Position numbers and translations under genes: made by a program
Shown here: one piece after another, positions 1 through 8,670 of the stretch
How the letters are laid out: each line of letters begins with the position of its first letter
Position numbering within the stretch: the stretch's first letter is position 1
IMG/VR virus record: IMGVR_UViG_3300025296_000083
Location: 1 to 30,306 of that record
DNA length: 30,306 bases
Direction: 5' to 3' (one strand)
Source of the DNA: a virus
Lineage: Duplodnaviria; Caudoviricetes
The notes under the pieces: model-generated
What the model saw: the letters and a program-made list of their open reading frames with translations, nothing else
Told to the model about the DNA's origin: nothing
Database searches by the model: none

Positions 1-2
1 GT

Positions 3-110
3 TCTAGACAATTCCGAGATTTAATAAGATTAAATATAAACAACCAAACCAGTTCAGCAAACTGGAACCAGTTTGGGTTCAGTTCAAACCAAAACCGAAA
101 AGTTTAAGTT
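3..110. other. Putative cosN/cosB region (packaging initiation, terminase small subunit binding sites)
   Basis: Non-coding, directly upstream of terS. Partial dyad TCTAGACAATTCCGAGA (3-19), AT-rich 20-40, perfect inverted repeat CAAACTGG-aa-CCAGTTTG (58-75), repeats AACCAGTT (47-54, 66-73) and CAGTTCA (50-56, 80-86). Continues from the cosQ-like motif at the other end of the window. Confidence 0.55.
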
Positions 111-112
111 CG

Positions 113-643
113 ATGGTCGAAGAATTAGTAACCAACCGAAGGGTTTCCGAACACTTAGGAATTACGCAAGAGTACGTTTCAAAATTAAAGAGCCAGGGAA
201 TTTTACCTGGTGGAAGGGGCCGACAGAAGATGAACTTGCGTGATTCCCGCCTGGCTTATATTAACTTCCTTAGAACTAGGGCCAGATTGTCTCCAAAAGG
301 TACAGATACGTCTATTAGTGAAGAGAAAACCCGTTTAACGAAAGCTCAAGCTGACAAAGCAGAGATGGAAGTCGAAGTTATAACCAGGGGAATGATCAAA
401 GCAGAAGAAGTTAGAGATGGTTGGATTGGATTCGTTAGTAATGTTAGAGCCAAACTTTTAAACCTGCCATCGAAGGTTGCACACCAGGTAGTCGGACTTG
501 AGACTTACGCAGAAGTTGAAGGATTAATTAATGAAGAAATATATGAGGTGTTAAATGAACTCGCAGGAAGTGAATTACCAGAATCCGTTAGAGGTAGTTT
601 GGAACCAGACAGTGAGAGCCTTCAAGCCGCCGCAGAAACTTAA
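113..643 (+). CDS. terS: Terminase small subunit (lambda Nu1-like)
   Basis: N-terminal winged-HTH-like VSEHLGITQEYVSKLKSQGIL; EKTRLTKAQADKAEMEV and VRAKLLNLPSKVA segments typical of Nu1/DUF1441-type TerS; overlaps the GpA gene. Confidence 0.85.
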   Translation: MVEELVTNRRVSEHLGITQEYVSKLKSQGILPGGRGRQKMNLRDSRLAYINFLRTRARLSPKGTDTSISEEKTRLTKAQADKAEMEVEVITRGMIKAEEVRDGWIGFVSNVRAKLLNLPSKVAHQVVGLETYAEVEGLINEEIYEVLNELAGSELPESVRGSLEPDSESLQAAAET

Positions 644-2408
644 AGTAAGTGAGTGGGCCGATAGGCACAGAGTATTAAGTTCTGAGTCTAGTGCTGAACC
701 TGGTAACTGGCGAACCAGTAGAGCCAACTATCAAAAGGAAATAATGGACGTGGTGTTGGATCGCAACATTGAATCCATTGTGCTTATGTCCAGTTCACAG
801 ATCGGCAAGACTGAGATACTCAATAACATACTTGGATATTACATATCGCAAGACCCCTGCCCTGTTCTGGTTATGCAACCGACTTTAGAGATGGCTAGAA
901 CCTGGAGCAAGGACAGATTAAATCCAATGCTCAAAAGCAGTAAGGTCTTAAAAGGTAAAGTAAAGGAACCAAGAGCGAAGGACAGCGAGAATACAGTTTT
1001 GCATAAGAAGTTCGATGGCGGCTTTATCGCAGTTGTGGGAGCGAACAGTGCAAGTGGATTAGCAAGTAGGCCCGTTAGAATTTTGTTAGCAGACGAGATA
1101 GATCGCTTCCCATTAAGTGCAGGAGCCGAGGGCGATCCTGTTTCATTGGCTCTAAAAAGAACAACTACGTTCTGGAATAGAAAGATAGTTATGGCTTCAA
1201 CTCCGACTATCGATGGACTGTCAAGAATACAAACAGCGTGGAATCATTCAGACCAACGTCACTATTGGGTTCCGTGTCCTGAGTGCGAAGAGATGCAAGT
1301 ATTGGAATGGGCGAATGTTAAATGGGAAGAAGATAAACCCGAAACGGCTCGATATTTATGTACGAGCTGTGGGTCGTTACTGGAAGAGAAGGACAAGATA
1401 ACCATGATTAGAAATGGCGAATGGCGAGCCGAAGGAGAAACAAAAAAGACAGCAGGCTTTCATATTAACGAACTGTACTCGCCCTGGTCTACCTGGGCGA
1501 CAATGGCAGTTAACTTCTTAGAAGCTAAACGACACCCAGAGATATTAAAGACATATGTTAATACTAGCTTGGGTCAATGTTGGACTGACGAAGGAGAGGA
1601 AATAGAATCAGAAGGTTTAATGGCAAGACGGGAAAACTACGATGAAAGTTGTGTCCCCGATGATGTGTTAGTTATTACAGGTGGAGCCGATATACAAGAT
1701 GATCGAATAGAATTACAAGTTATCGGGTGGGGACTCGAATCTCAAAGCTATGTTTTAGATTATCAGATATTCTGGGGCGAGACTTCACAGAACCAAGTGT
1801 GGCAAGACCTAGATGATTATTTAAAGCGAAGGTACAGCAGGGACACACTACCCTCTTTACCGATTGCTTGTGTTGCGATTGATTCGGGTTATCAAACAAG
1901 TTCTGTTTACAACTACGTCAAAGTCAGAAGAGGACGAAGGATATTTGCGATTAAAGGTCAAAGTCAAAGTTCCAAACCAATAGCAGGTAGACCCACAGTA
2001 GCGGGCCGACAAAGAATACAACTGTTCCCCGCAGGAGTTGATTCAGCTAAAGAAGTTATCTTTCAGTGGTTGCAAGTGGAAGCACAAGGACCAGGCTATA
2101 TTCATTTTCCCAATACTTGTGATGAAGAATACTTCAAACAATTAACAGCAGAAAAAAGAGTTATCAAATACATTAAAGGAAATAAAACTATCGTCTGGGT
2201 TAAGCAGTACAAAAGAAATGAATCACTAGACTGTTTCGTATATGCGTTGGTTGCGTTAAACATATTGCAACCGAACCTGGAATTAATTGCATCGAACACT
2301 AACCAGGAACCAAAAGATCAAGCGATTGAAAGAACCAATCCAAACCCTATCCCATCATTGAGACAACCCAAAAGACCAAGAAAGACTTTCGTAAATAGTT
2401 GGAAGTAG
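555..2408 (+). CDS. terL: Terminase large subunit (lambda GpA family)
   Basis: VSEWADRHR N-terminus, Walker A SSQIGKT, Walker B ILLADEID, STPT coupling motif, CPEC...CTSC Zn finger, GFHINELYSPW, nuclease GADIQDDR and RNESLDCFVYA. Confidence 0.97.
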   Translation: MNSQEVNYQNPLEVVWNQTVRAFKPPQKLKVSEWADRHRVLSSESSAEPGNWRTSRANYQKEIMDVVLDRNIESIVLMSSSQIGKTEILNNILGYYISQDPCPVLVMQPTLEMARTWSKDRLNPMLKSSKVLKGKVKEPRAKDSENTVLHKKFDGGFIAVVGANSASGLASRPVRILLADEIDRFPLSAGAEGDPVSLALKRTTTFWNRKIVMASTPTIDGLSRIQTAWNHSDQRHYWVPCPECEEMQVLEWANVKWEEDKPETARYLCTSCGSLLEEKDKITMIRNGEWRAEGETKKTAGFHINELYSPWSTWATMAVNFLEAKRHPEILKTYVNTSLGQCWTDEGEEIESEGLMARRENYDESCVPDDVLVITGGADIQDDRIELQVIGWGLESQSYVLDYQIFWGETSQNQVWQDLDDYLKRRYSRDTLPSLPIACVAIDSGYQTSSVYNYVKVRRGRRIFAIKGQSQSSKPIAGRPTVAGRQRIQLFPAGVDSAKEVIFQWLQVEAQGPGYIHFPNTCDEEYFKQLTAEKRVIKYIKGNKTIVWVKQYKRNESLDCFVYALVALNILQPNLELIASNTNQEPKDQAIERTNPNPIPSLRQPKRPRKTFVNSWK

Positions 2409-2410
2409 TA

Positions 2411-2438
2411 TTGACATAAGATAGATGGAACGTAATGT
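2411..2438 (+). promoter_or_regulatory. Putative promoter, copy 1 of conserved motif (TTGACA-N16-TAATGT with ATGGAAC in spacer)
   Basis: TTGAC-ataagatag-ATGGAACGTAATGT in the terL/gpW gap; same motif and spacing at 15946 and 20184. Confidence 0.65.
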
Positions 2439-2465
2439 CTTTTTGCAGTTGCAAAAGGACATAAA

Positions 2466-3053
2466 TTGGCTAATAGATTCGATTCAACAAACTATCCAAC
2501 CATAACGCCTGACGTGCTTTATGTCGGGGACAATTGGTTATGGAAGCGAGACTTAACGGATTATCCGATTGCTGATTACACTTTAACTTATTCGTTTAGA
2601 TTATTAAGTTCTACGGCAACAGAAATAGAGTTGACTTCTTCTGTTATTACAGAAAGCGATACGAGCCTTTACACAATATCAGTTCCTAGTGCTACGACAA
2701 CTGGATATACCAAAGGCGACTACACCTACCAGGAATACATCACTAATACTTCAAGCGAAAGATTGGTTTTAAACAAGGGACTTACAACAGTTAAATCCAA
2801 CTTAGATGCTGACACTGGCGATCCACGTTCACATAATCGAATCGTCTTTGACGCTCTTGAAGCTACTTTGGAGAACCGAGCAAGTATCGATCAAATGTCC
2901 ATGAGTATTGCAGGACGTTCTTTATCAAGAATGTCTCCCGAAGAACTCAATAAATGGTATTCACAATATAAACACCTGGTAATAAATGAGGACAAAGTTT
3001 CAAGAAGAGACAAAGGCGAAGCAACAGGAAACCAAGTAAAGGTTAAATTCTAA
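2466..3053 (+). CDS. Head-tail adaptor, gpW-like C-terminus with an N-terminal beta-rich extension
   Basis: Between terL and portal; TTG start after AAAGGA; C-terminal SMSIAGRSLSRMSPEELNKWYSQY resembles gpW-type head completion proteins. Confidence 0.7.
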   Translation: MANRFDSTNYPTITPDVLYVGDNWLWKRDLTDYPIADYTLTYSFRLLSSTATEIELTSSVITESDTSLYTISVPSATTTGYTKGDYTYQEYITNTSSERLVLNKGLTTVKSNLDADTGDPRSHNRIVFDALEATLENRASIDQMSMSIAGRSLSRMSPEELNKWYSQYKHLVINEDKVSRRDKGEATGNQVKVKF

Positions 3054-4534
3054 TGGCATGGTATAACAATATTTTAAAAAGAAAGGTTAGAACTCAAACC
3101 TGGAAGAGACTCTATACAGGAGCAACGGGTGGTCGTTTATTTGCTGATTGGCAAACGTCAGGCAACAGTGCGGATCAAGAAATATCAGGATCACTGAGTA
3201 CATTAAGAAATCGGAGTCGAGCATTAGCCAGAAATGATAGCTACATAAGTCGTTATCTACAGATGTTGATTACTAATGTTATTGGGCCTACTGGAATCCG
3301 TATCGCTTCAAAAGCCAGAAATGATAATGGGGAGTTAGATTTACAAGGCAACGCAGAAGTTGAAACTGCGTTTGCGGAGTGGGGACAGGTGGGAAGCTGT
3401 ACCTTAAACGGAATGCAATCTTTTTTAGATTGCCAGAAGCTATTTGTTTCATCCGTAGCCAGGGATGGCGAAGCATTAATCAGAACTGTACGATCAAACG
3501 AAAACCGATTTGGTTTCGCTATTCAGTTCTTAGAAGCCGATCATCTGGACGAGAACTATTCCGTCAAGAATGAAGAGACAGGCAATTCAATCAAGATGGG
3601 AGTTGAAGTTAATAAGTTTGGTAAACCGATTGCTTATTACTTATTAAGAAATCATCCAGGGGGAGCAGGAAGTTATCTTTATGGTGGTAACAATTACATT
3701 AAAGTTCCTGCCGATGAATTGATCCATGCTTACCTGGCTAGTAGAGCAGAACAAACCAGGGGTGTACCCTGGACATCTTCGGTCTTAGCTAGGGCCAAGA
3801 TGTTAGATGGACTTGAAGAGAGTGCAGTAGTAGCAGCAAGGGTAGGCGCGGCGAAGATGGGATTTATTGTTTCTCCTGATGGCGATGGCTATGTGGGCGA
3901 AGAGACAGAAGATACCTATACGCAGATTATGGATGCAACACCTGGAAGCATGGAACAGTTGCCATCTGGAAGTACGTTCCAAGAGTTTAAGCCAGAATAT
4001 CCAAATATGGTATTCGATCCATTTCAGAAGGCTATTCTTCGAGGTATTGCATCTGGTCTGAATGTTTCTTATGTCGATTTGGCTAATAATCTGGAAGGCG
4101 TTAATTATTCCAGTATTAGGCAAGGCGTTATGGAACAAAGAGATTATTACAGAACAGTACAAAAATTCGTTATTCAACACATGGTCAGACCTATTTATTT
4201 GAAGTGGCTTAACTATGCCATGACAACTAGACAGGTCAGCATACCAATAACGAAGTATGAGAAATTTGCTAACCAAGTTACCTTTATTCCGAGAAGTTGG
4301 AATTGGATTGATCCCCTTAAAGAGATGAATGCCAATGTTGTCGGCTTACAGAATGGTCAGGTAACTATGACTGATATTCAGTCGTCTATGGGCCGTGATC
4401 CCGAAGAACTTTTCGAGGAGTTATCCAGAGAAAAGGCTTTGGCAGATCAATACGGAATCGAGACGGCCTTCTCCCCTTATGGAGCAACTAAGACACCAGT
4501 TGAACCAGAATTAACGGGAGAAGGAGATGAATAA
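3053..4534 (+). CDS. Portal protein, lambda family
   Basis: LRNRSRALARND, DGEA, LEADHL, GVEVNKFGKPIAY, QTRGVPW, NYSSIRQG and WIDPLKE motifs; 493 aa; synteny. Confidence 0.96.
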   Translation: MAWYNNILKRKVRTQTWKRLYTGATGGRLFADWQTSGNSADQEISGSLSTLRNRSRALARNDSYISRYLQMLITNVIGPTGIRIASKARNDNGELDLQGNAEVETAFAEWGQVGSCTLNGMQSFLDCQKLFVSSVARDGEALIRTVRSNENRFGFAIQFLEADHLDENYSVKNEETGNSIKMGVEVNKFGKPIAYYLLRNHPGGAGSYLYGGNNYIKVPADELIHAYLASRAEQTRGVPWTSSVLARAKMLDGLEESAVVAARVGAAKMGFIVSPDGDGYVGEETEDTYTQIMDATPGSMEQLPSGSTFQEFKPEYPNMVFDPFQKAILRGIASGLNVSYVDLANNLEGVNYSSIRQGVMEQRDYYRTVQKFVIQHMVRPIYLKWLNYAMTTRQVSIPITKYEKFANQVTFIPRSWNWIDPLKEMNANVVGLQNGQVTMTDIQSSMGRDPEELFEELSREKALADQYGIETAFSPYGATKTPVEPELTGEGDE

Positions 4535-4652
4535 GGCCTGGCAGATTGGCGGGAATCACGGCAACGTGATAGAGCCACAAGTTAGAAACGAAACCACCCT
4601 TGTTTCTAAAAGGTGTCCAAAAGTGGGTGTGGCAACTATGCCAGTAAACTAA
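4527..4652 (+). CDS. Possible 41-aa leader ORF (MNKAWQIGGNHGNVIEPQVRNETTLVSKRCPKVGVATMPVN)
   Basis: ATG at 4527 after GGGAGAAGGAG, overlapping the portal stop; open to TAA 4650-4652. It coincides with a structured RNA candidate, so it may not be functional. Confidence 0.3.
   Translation: MNKAWQIGGNHGNVIEPQVRNETTLVSKRCPKVGVATMPVN
4538..4644 (+). ncRNA. Candidate structured cis-regulatory RNA in the capsid-gene leader
   Basis: Nested stems: CTGGCA/TGCCAG, ATCACG-GCAA-CGTGAT (GNRA loop), GCCACA/TGTGGC, TTAGAAAC/GTTTCTAA; loop CACC can pair with downstream GGTG. Confidence 0.5.
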
Positions 4653-4663
4653 AAGGAAAAACA

Positions 4664-6604
4664 ATGGAAGAAGAAAACATTGAAGTAACCGAAGAAGAAG
4701 TAACCGAAGAATCTCAAGAAGAGACTGAGGAATCTGAATCTGAGGTAGAGCAAACTGAGGACGAAGAACGCAGTTTTGCTTCTGAAAAGCAATTCCGTTC
4801 TGCGGCTATCCGATCTGAATTCATAGATGAAGCTAGCAGAAGAGTAAGAGTTGCTCTTACAAGTGAAGCTCCCGTGAGTCGATCCTTTGGTTTGGAAATA
4901 TTAGATCATTCCGAAGAATCTATTGATACGTCATTTATGGGACAGGGGCGATCCCCTCTCCTATTGGATCACGACATGACTAAGCAAATAGGAGTGGTCG
5001 AAAACTACTACATTGACAGTAGTGCGAAAAGAACAATCGCAGAAGTACGCTTTGGAAAAAGCGACTTAGCCAATGAAGTATTTAATGATGTAAAAGATGG
5101 CATTCGTCAAAATGTCTCAGTCGGTTACAACATCAACAACATGGAAAGAGACGACTCTTTCGATGAACCAACTTATCGTGTTTCCTGGACTCCTCTCGAA
5201 AGTTCGATTGTGAGTGTTCCTGCGGATCAAAGTGTGAACGTAGGTATAGCCAGAAGCGATGATGCGGCAAAAGAATTACCAGATTTTGAAGTGGTAAGTG
5301 TAAAAACTGAAACCAAAGACTCTGGTGTAATAATAAATAAAAACATAGGAAAAACTATGGAAGAAAAACAAGAAATAAATGTTGAGGAAGTTAAGACTGT
5401 AACGGAATCTGAAACTAGAAAAAGAATCGCAAAGCAAAACGATGAGATTCTTGAACTAGGATCAAGACACCAACAGCAAGACTTGGCTCGACAAGCAATT
5501 AAAGATGGAACTGATCTTGAAACATTTAGAGGACAACTTCTTAATGCTATACCTTCTGGACAACCCTTAGAAACAGTCGACATTGGTTTGACTAAAAAAG
5601 AATCCAGAAACTTTAGTATCTTGAAAGCGGTCTATGCTATGAGTAATCCTTATAACAGGAAGGCCCAAGAAGAAGCCAAATTTGAATTTGAAGCGTCACA
5701 AGCGGCGAAAGACAAATACGGCAGAAATTCAGAAGGTCTTACATTACCAAGCGAGGTAATGGGTACATGGACTAGGGATATTAATACCTCAGATGATTCA
5801 GGTGGGATCGGAGAAGATTTCCGAAGAGGAGACTTCATCGATGCACTAAGAGATGCGTCTGGTGTTATTAGAGCAGGGGCAACTATATTCCCTGATTTAG
5901 TAGATAACGTGAAGATTCCCAAACAGACTGGTGTTTCAACTGCGGCATGGATCGCAACTGAAGGCGGTGCTGTAGGAGAATCTGAACTGACTCTAGGTTC
6001 GGTAACTATGTCTCCTAACACTATCTCTGCTTATACAGATATTACAAACAAGATGCTTGCTAATTCCTCTCTATCAATAGAGACGTTAGTAAGAAACGAT
6101 CTTGCGGCGGGTATCGGTAAAGTAGTAGATACAGGAGCTATGACGGGTTCTGGAAGTTCTGGCGAACCAACAGGAATCAATAGTGCGACTGGTGTTAATT
6201 CAGTGACATTGACAACAGCTTCAACTCCAACGTGGGCCGAAACAGTTGAAATGGAATCATTGGTTCTAGCTGACAACGTACCATTTAATAGACCTGGTTA
6301 CTTAACTAACTCAACTGTAGTTGGCAATTTAAAAACTACAGCAAAAGCAAGTAATACAGCAATCTTTATTATGGACGGGGACGGCAGAGTAAACGGCCAT
6401 GACGTAACTATCAGTAATGCAGTTGCGGCAGGTTACGCTTACTTTGGAATGTGGTCTGATTTATTGATTGGCTTTTTTGGCTCAATCGATATTTTGGTCG
6501 ACCCTTATACAGGAAGCGGAAATAATTTGACTCGCATTAGAGCGACTCAATTTTGTGATGTAGCAGTTAGACATGGACAATCGTTCACGAAGGCAACAGC
6601 TTAA
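4664..6604 (+). CDS. Fused HK97-type prohead protease / major capsid protein (646 aa; probable internal start at 5357 giving a 415-aa capsid protein)
   Basis: ATG 4664 has an AAAGGA RBS (preferred over GTG 4613). Protease motifs LLLDHD, VSVGY and LESSIVSVPAD; then HK97-fold capsid motifs IPKQTG..AAWIATEG, LVRNDLAAGI, DPYT, DVAVRH. Confidence 0.93.
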   Translation: MEEENIEVTEEEVTEESQEETEESESEVEQTEDEERSFASEKQFRSAAIRSEFIDEASRRVRVALTSEAPVSRSFGLEILDHSEESIDTSFMGQGRSPLLLDHDMTKQIGVVENYYIDSSAKRTIAEVRFGKSDLANEVFNDVKDGIRQNVSVGYNINNMERDDSFDEPTYRVSWTPLESSIVSVPADQSVNVGIARSDDAAKELPDFEVVSVKTETKDSGVIINKNIGKTMEEKQEINVEEVKTVTESETRKRIAKQNDEILELGSRHQQQDLARQAIKDGTDLETFRGQLLNAIPSGQPLETVDIGLTKKESRNFSILKAVYAMSNPYNRKAQEEAKFEFEASQAAKDKYGRNSEGLTLPSEVMGTWTRDINTSDDSGGIGEDFRRGDFIDALRDASGVIRAGATIFPDLVDNVKIPKQTGVSTAAWIATEGGAVGESELTLGSVTMSPNTISAYTDITNKMLANSSLSIETLVRNDLAAGIGKVVDTGAMTGSGSSGEPTGINSATGVNSVTLTTASTPTWAETVEMESLVLADNVPFNRPGYLTNSTVVGNLKTTAKASNTAIFIMDGDGRVNGHDVTISNAVAAGYAYFGMWSDLLIGFFGSIDILVDPYTGSGNNLTRIRATQFCDVAVRHGQSFTKATA

Positions 6605-6615
6605 TCAGCTAAATA

Positions 6616-6648
6616 GTGTGAAGGGGCCAATAACCCCTTCCACTTTTT
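6616..6648 (+). terminator. Rho-independent terminator/attenuator after the capsid gene
   Basis: GTG-t-GAAGGGG-ccaataa-CCCCTTC-CAC followed by TTTTT. Confidence 0.75.
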
Positions 6649-6652
6649 GAAT

Positions 6653-6865
6653 ATGGCAAATAAATATGAAGTTCTTAAAAATTGCGTAATTGAAGGAAGC
6701 GACTATCTTATTGGCGACTCCGTAGAATTAGAACAACCTGTAGCGGCAGGACTATTAGCCGCAGGGCAAGTAGCCGAACACGGCGAATCTAAATCAGCAG
6801 ATCGTTCAGTAGGATTAGATTCTTCTGACAGTAAACCAGTTAAGAAAAGAAGTAAGAAGAAATAA
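6653..6865 (+). CDS. Small basic-tailed head-associated protein (gpFI-position)
   Basis: 70 aa after the capsid gene; GDSVEL....AAGLLAAG motif and Lys-rich tail common at this position. Confidence 0.6.
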   Translation: MANKYEVLKNCVIEGSDYLIGDSVELEQPVAAGLLAAGQVAEHGESKSADRSVGLDSSDSKPVKKRSKKK

Positions 6866-6867
6866 TT

Positions 6868-7176
6868 ATGGTTCTCGAAACTGCCGCAGACTTAGCGGGA
6901 TTTTTTGATACAGACGCACACGGAGTTAGTGCGACTATTACTATTGGCGGTTCCAGTTCCACGATCAACGTTATTCTTAATAAAGAATACTTTGCGATTG
7001 ATCCAGGACTCGGAATCGATGTAGAAGGAACTCAACCTGTAGTAACAGGCAGAACGTCTGATATGTCTGGGGTAGATAACGAGGACACTATAGTTATTGA
7101 TTCAATAACGTATAACATCGTAAGCACACAACCTGACGGCACAGGAGTTACAGCTTTAGTATTGGAACAACAGTAA
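6868..7176 (+). CDS. Head-tail joining protein (gpFII-like)
   Basis: 102 aa, beta-rich; EDTIVIDSITYNIVSTQPDGTGVTALVL matches the head-closure pattern; synteny. Confidence 0.75.
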   Translation: MVLETAADLAGFFDTDAHGVSATITIGGSSSTINVILNKEYFAIDPGLGIDVEGTQPVVTGRTSDMSGVDNEDTIVIDSITYNIVSTQPDGTGVTALVLEQQ

Positions 7177-7619
7177 TGGCCCATGTTAGACAACAGATTA
7201 GAGAAAGAGCCGCAAGTACATTAGGCTCATTAACGACTACTGGCTCTCGTGTTTACCAAAGCAGAGTCTATCCCCTGGGATCGAATAATCTGCCTGGACT
7301 GTTAATTTATACAAAGAGCGAAGATTCAATGCCTGAGACGATGGGAACATCACGATTAATAATGCGAAATTTATCTCTGGTGGTTGAAGGATATGTTAAA
7401 CAAGTTTCAGACTTTGACGACAAAGTAGATTTAATTTGTAGCGAAGTTGAAACGGCTATGGCAGGAGACATTACGTTGAATGGTTTAGCTAAAGATTCAT
7501 TTCTGGAATCAACAGAGATTAATTACGATGCCGAAGGAGATCAACCAGTGGGCGTTTGTGCTATGACTTATTCAGTCAGATACGCAAATGCGGAAGCTGA
7601 TCCAGACACGGCGGTATAA
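7176..7619 (+). CDS. Tail terminator (gpU-like)
   Basis: MAHVRQQIRE N-terminus, SRVYP, LPGLLIY, DLICSEVETAM; acidic; just upstream of the tail tube. Confidence 0.75.
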   Translation: MAHVRQQIRERAASTLGSLTTTGSRVYQSRVYPLGSNNLPGLLIYTKSEDSMPETMGTSRLIMRNLSLVVEGYVKQVSDFDDKVDLICSEVETAMAGDITLNGLAKDSFLESTEINYDAEGDQPVGVCAMTYSVRYANAEADPDTAV

Positions 7620-7629
7620 AGGTAAAGAT

Positions 7630-7794
7630 ATGGCAAGAGTAATTTTATATTCTCCACAAGGTCAAGACCCTATTGAAGTGTCTGAGCATCGTGTGGAGTA
7701 TTTAAAAAGCAAAGGTTGGACTGAGAAAGGTATTTCTAAAGAGAAAACATCCAAGTCTGTAAGTAAAACAAAAAAAGATAAAGAGGAAAAATAA
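7630..7794 (+). CDS. Hypothetical small basic protein (54 aa)
   Basis: ATG 7630 after AAAGGT; VEYLKSKGW motif and Lys-rich tail; stop abuts the next ATG. Confidence 0.6.
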   Translation: MARVILYSPQGQDPIEVSEHRVEYLKSKGWTEKGISKEKTSKSVSKTKKDKEEK

Positions 7795-8184
7795 ATGGCA
7801 ACACATAGTGGAATTAGTGGCTTAGTAAAAGTCGCATCAAACACTGTAGCGGAAGTAACAAGTTGGACATTGGATCAATCCAATTCCCTAATTGAAGATA
7901 CATCTATGGGCGATACGTCAAGAACGTATCTCTCAGGACTCGATGAATTTTCAGCTTCGGTTGAAGTTTTTTGGGATGAAACCGATACGAATGGACAGGT
8001 CGCATTGTCTCCTGGTAGTTCTGTAACTCTAGTGCTGTACCCCGAAGGGGCAGAAAGTGGAGATACTTACTACACGGGAACAGCATTAGTGACTTCGCAT
8101 TCGATTACAGGTTCTTTCGATGGAATGGTTACTGCTAGTATAGGGGCAACTTATACTGGAGACGTAACAACAACAACAGTCTAA
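7795..8184 (+). CDS. Major tail (tube) protein
   Basis: GAGG RBS; VAEVTSWTLD, EDTSMGDTSRTYLSGL, LYPEG, YTGTALVT motifs of small siphophage tube proteins. Confidence 0.85.
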   Translation: MATHSGISGLVKVASNTVAEVTSWTLDQSNSLIEDTSMGDTSRTYLSGLDEFSASVEVFWDETDTNGQVALSPGSSVTLVLYPEGAESGDTYYTGTALVTSHSITGSFDGMVTASIGATYTGDVTTTTV

Positions 8185-8185
8185 C

Positions 8186-8521
8186 GTGAAGGCGATAGAT
8201 AGGGCGGCGGCACACTTTGACTCGATAGACGTAAGAAAACTAACAGTCGAAGAGTGGGCCGATGAATCAGGGCCTTTCGTTTTATATGCGAAACCATTAA
8301 CTTTGCAGGAATCGCAAAAGCTATATCGTTTATCGAAGAACGATGATTTGGCTTTGTTAGCCTATGCCTTAATACACAAGGCATTGGATGATAACGGAGA
8401 CAAGATGTTTACGATGGACGATAAGTACAAGTTAATGAACGGCGTTGATGTCGGTGTTCTAACCAAGATCGGAACCTGGATTATGGGTGTCGATGATTTG
8501 GAGACTTCTGAAAAAAAATAA
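8186..8521 (+). CDS. Tail assembly chaperone (gpG-like)
   Basis: Between tube and tape measure; ends GAA AAA AAA TAA (slippery run). Confidence 0.85.
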   Translation: MKAIDRAAAHFDSIDVRKLTVEEWADESGPFVLYAKPLTLQESQKLYRLSKNDDLALLAYALIHKALDDNGDKMFTMDDKYKLMNGVDVGVLTKIGTWIMGVDDLETSEKK

Positions 8522-8670
8522 GAGCTGATGCGGATTTATTCGCACAATACGCATTGGCAGAAAGGTTAGGCAAAACTCTTGAAGAGTTGAGTGCGATAAC
8601 AGTTGACGAATTTGTTGGTTGGATAGCTTATATGAAGATATTAGAGGATAAGAAGAGTGGAAAAATTTAA
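8518..8670 (+). CDS. gpT-like extension reached by -1 ribosomal frameshift (gpGT ~161 aa)
   Basis: The -1 frame after the A8 run (8511-8518) reads IRADADLFAQYALAERLGKTLEELSAITVDEFVGWIAYMKILEDKKSGKI*, with no convincing independent start; LAERLGKT..EL...EF..W.AY is the typical gpT pattern. Confidence 0.85.
   Translation: MRADADLFAQYALAERLGKTLEELSAITVDEFVGWIAYMKILEDKKSGKI

Noticed and set aside
4538-4644. Assignment as SAM-I or c-di-GMP-I riboswitch, or a group I intron
   Set aside because: Only fragments resemble them (CGGCAAC, GGTGTCCAA, GNRA hairpin followed by AGAGCCAC); the required pairings and core motifs are not present.
4613-4663. GTG 4613 as start of the protease-capsid gene
   Set aside because: No SD and it lies inside the structured leader; ATG 4664 has AAAGGA at good spacing.
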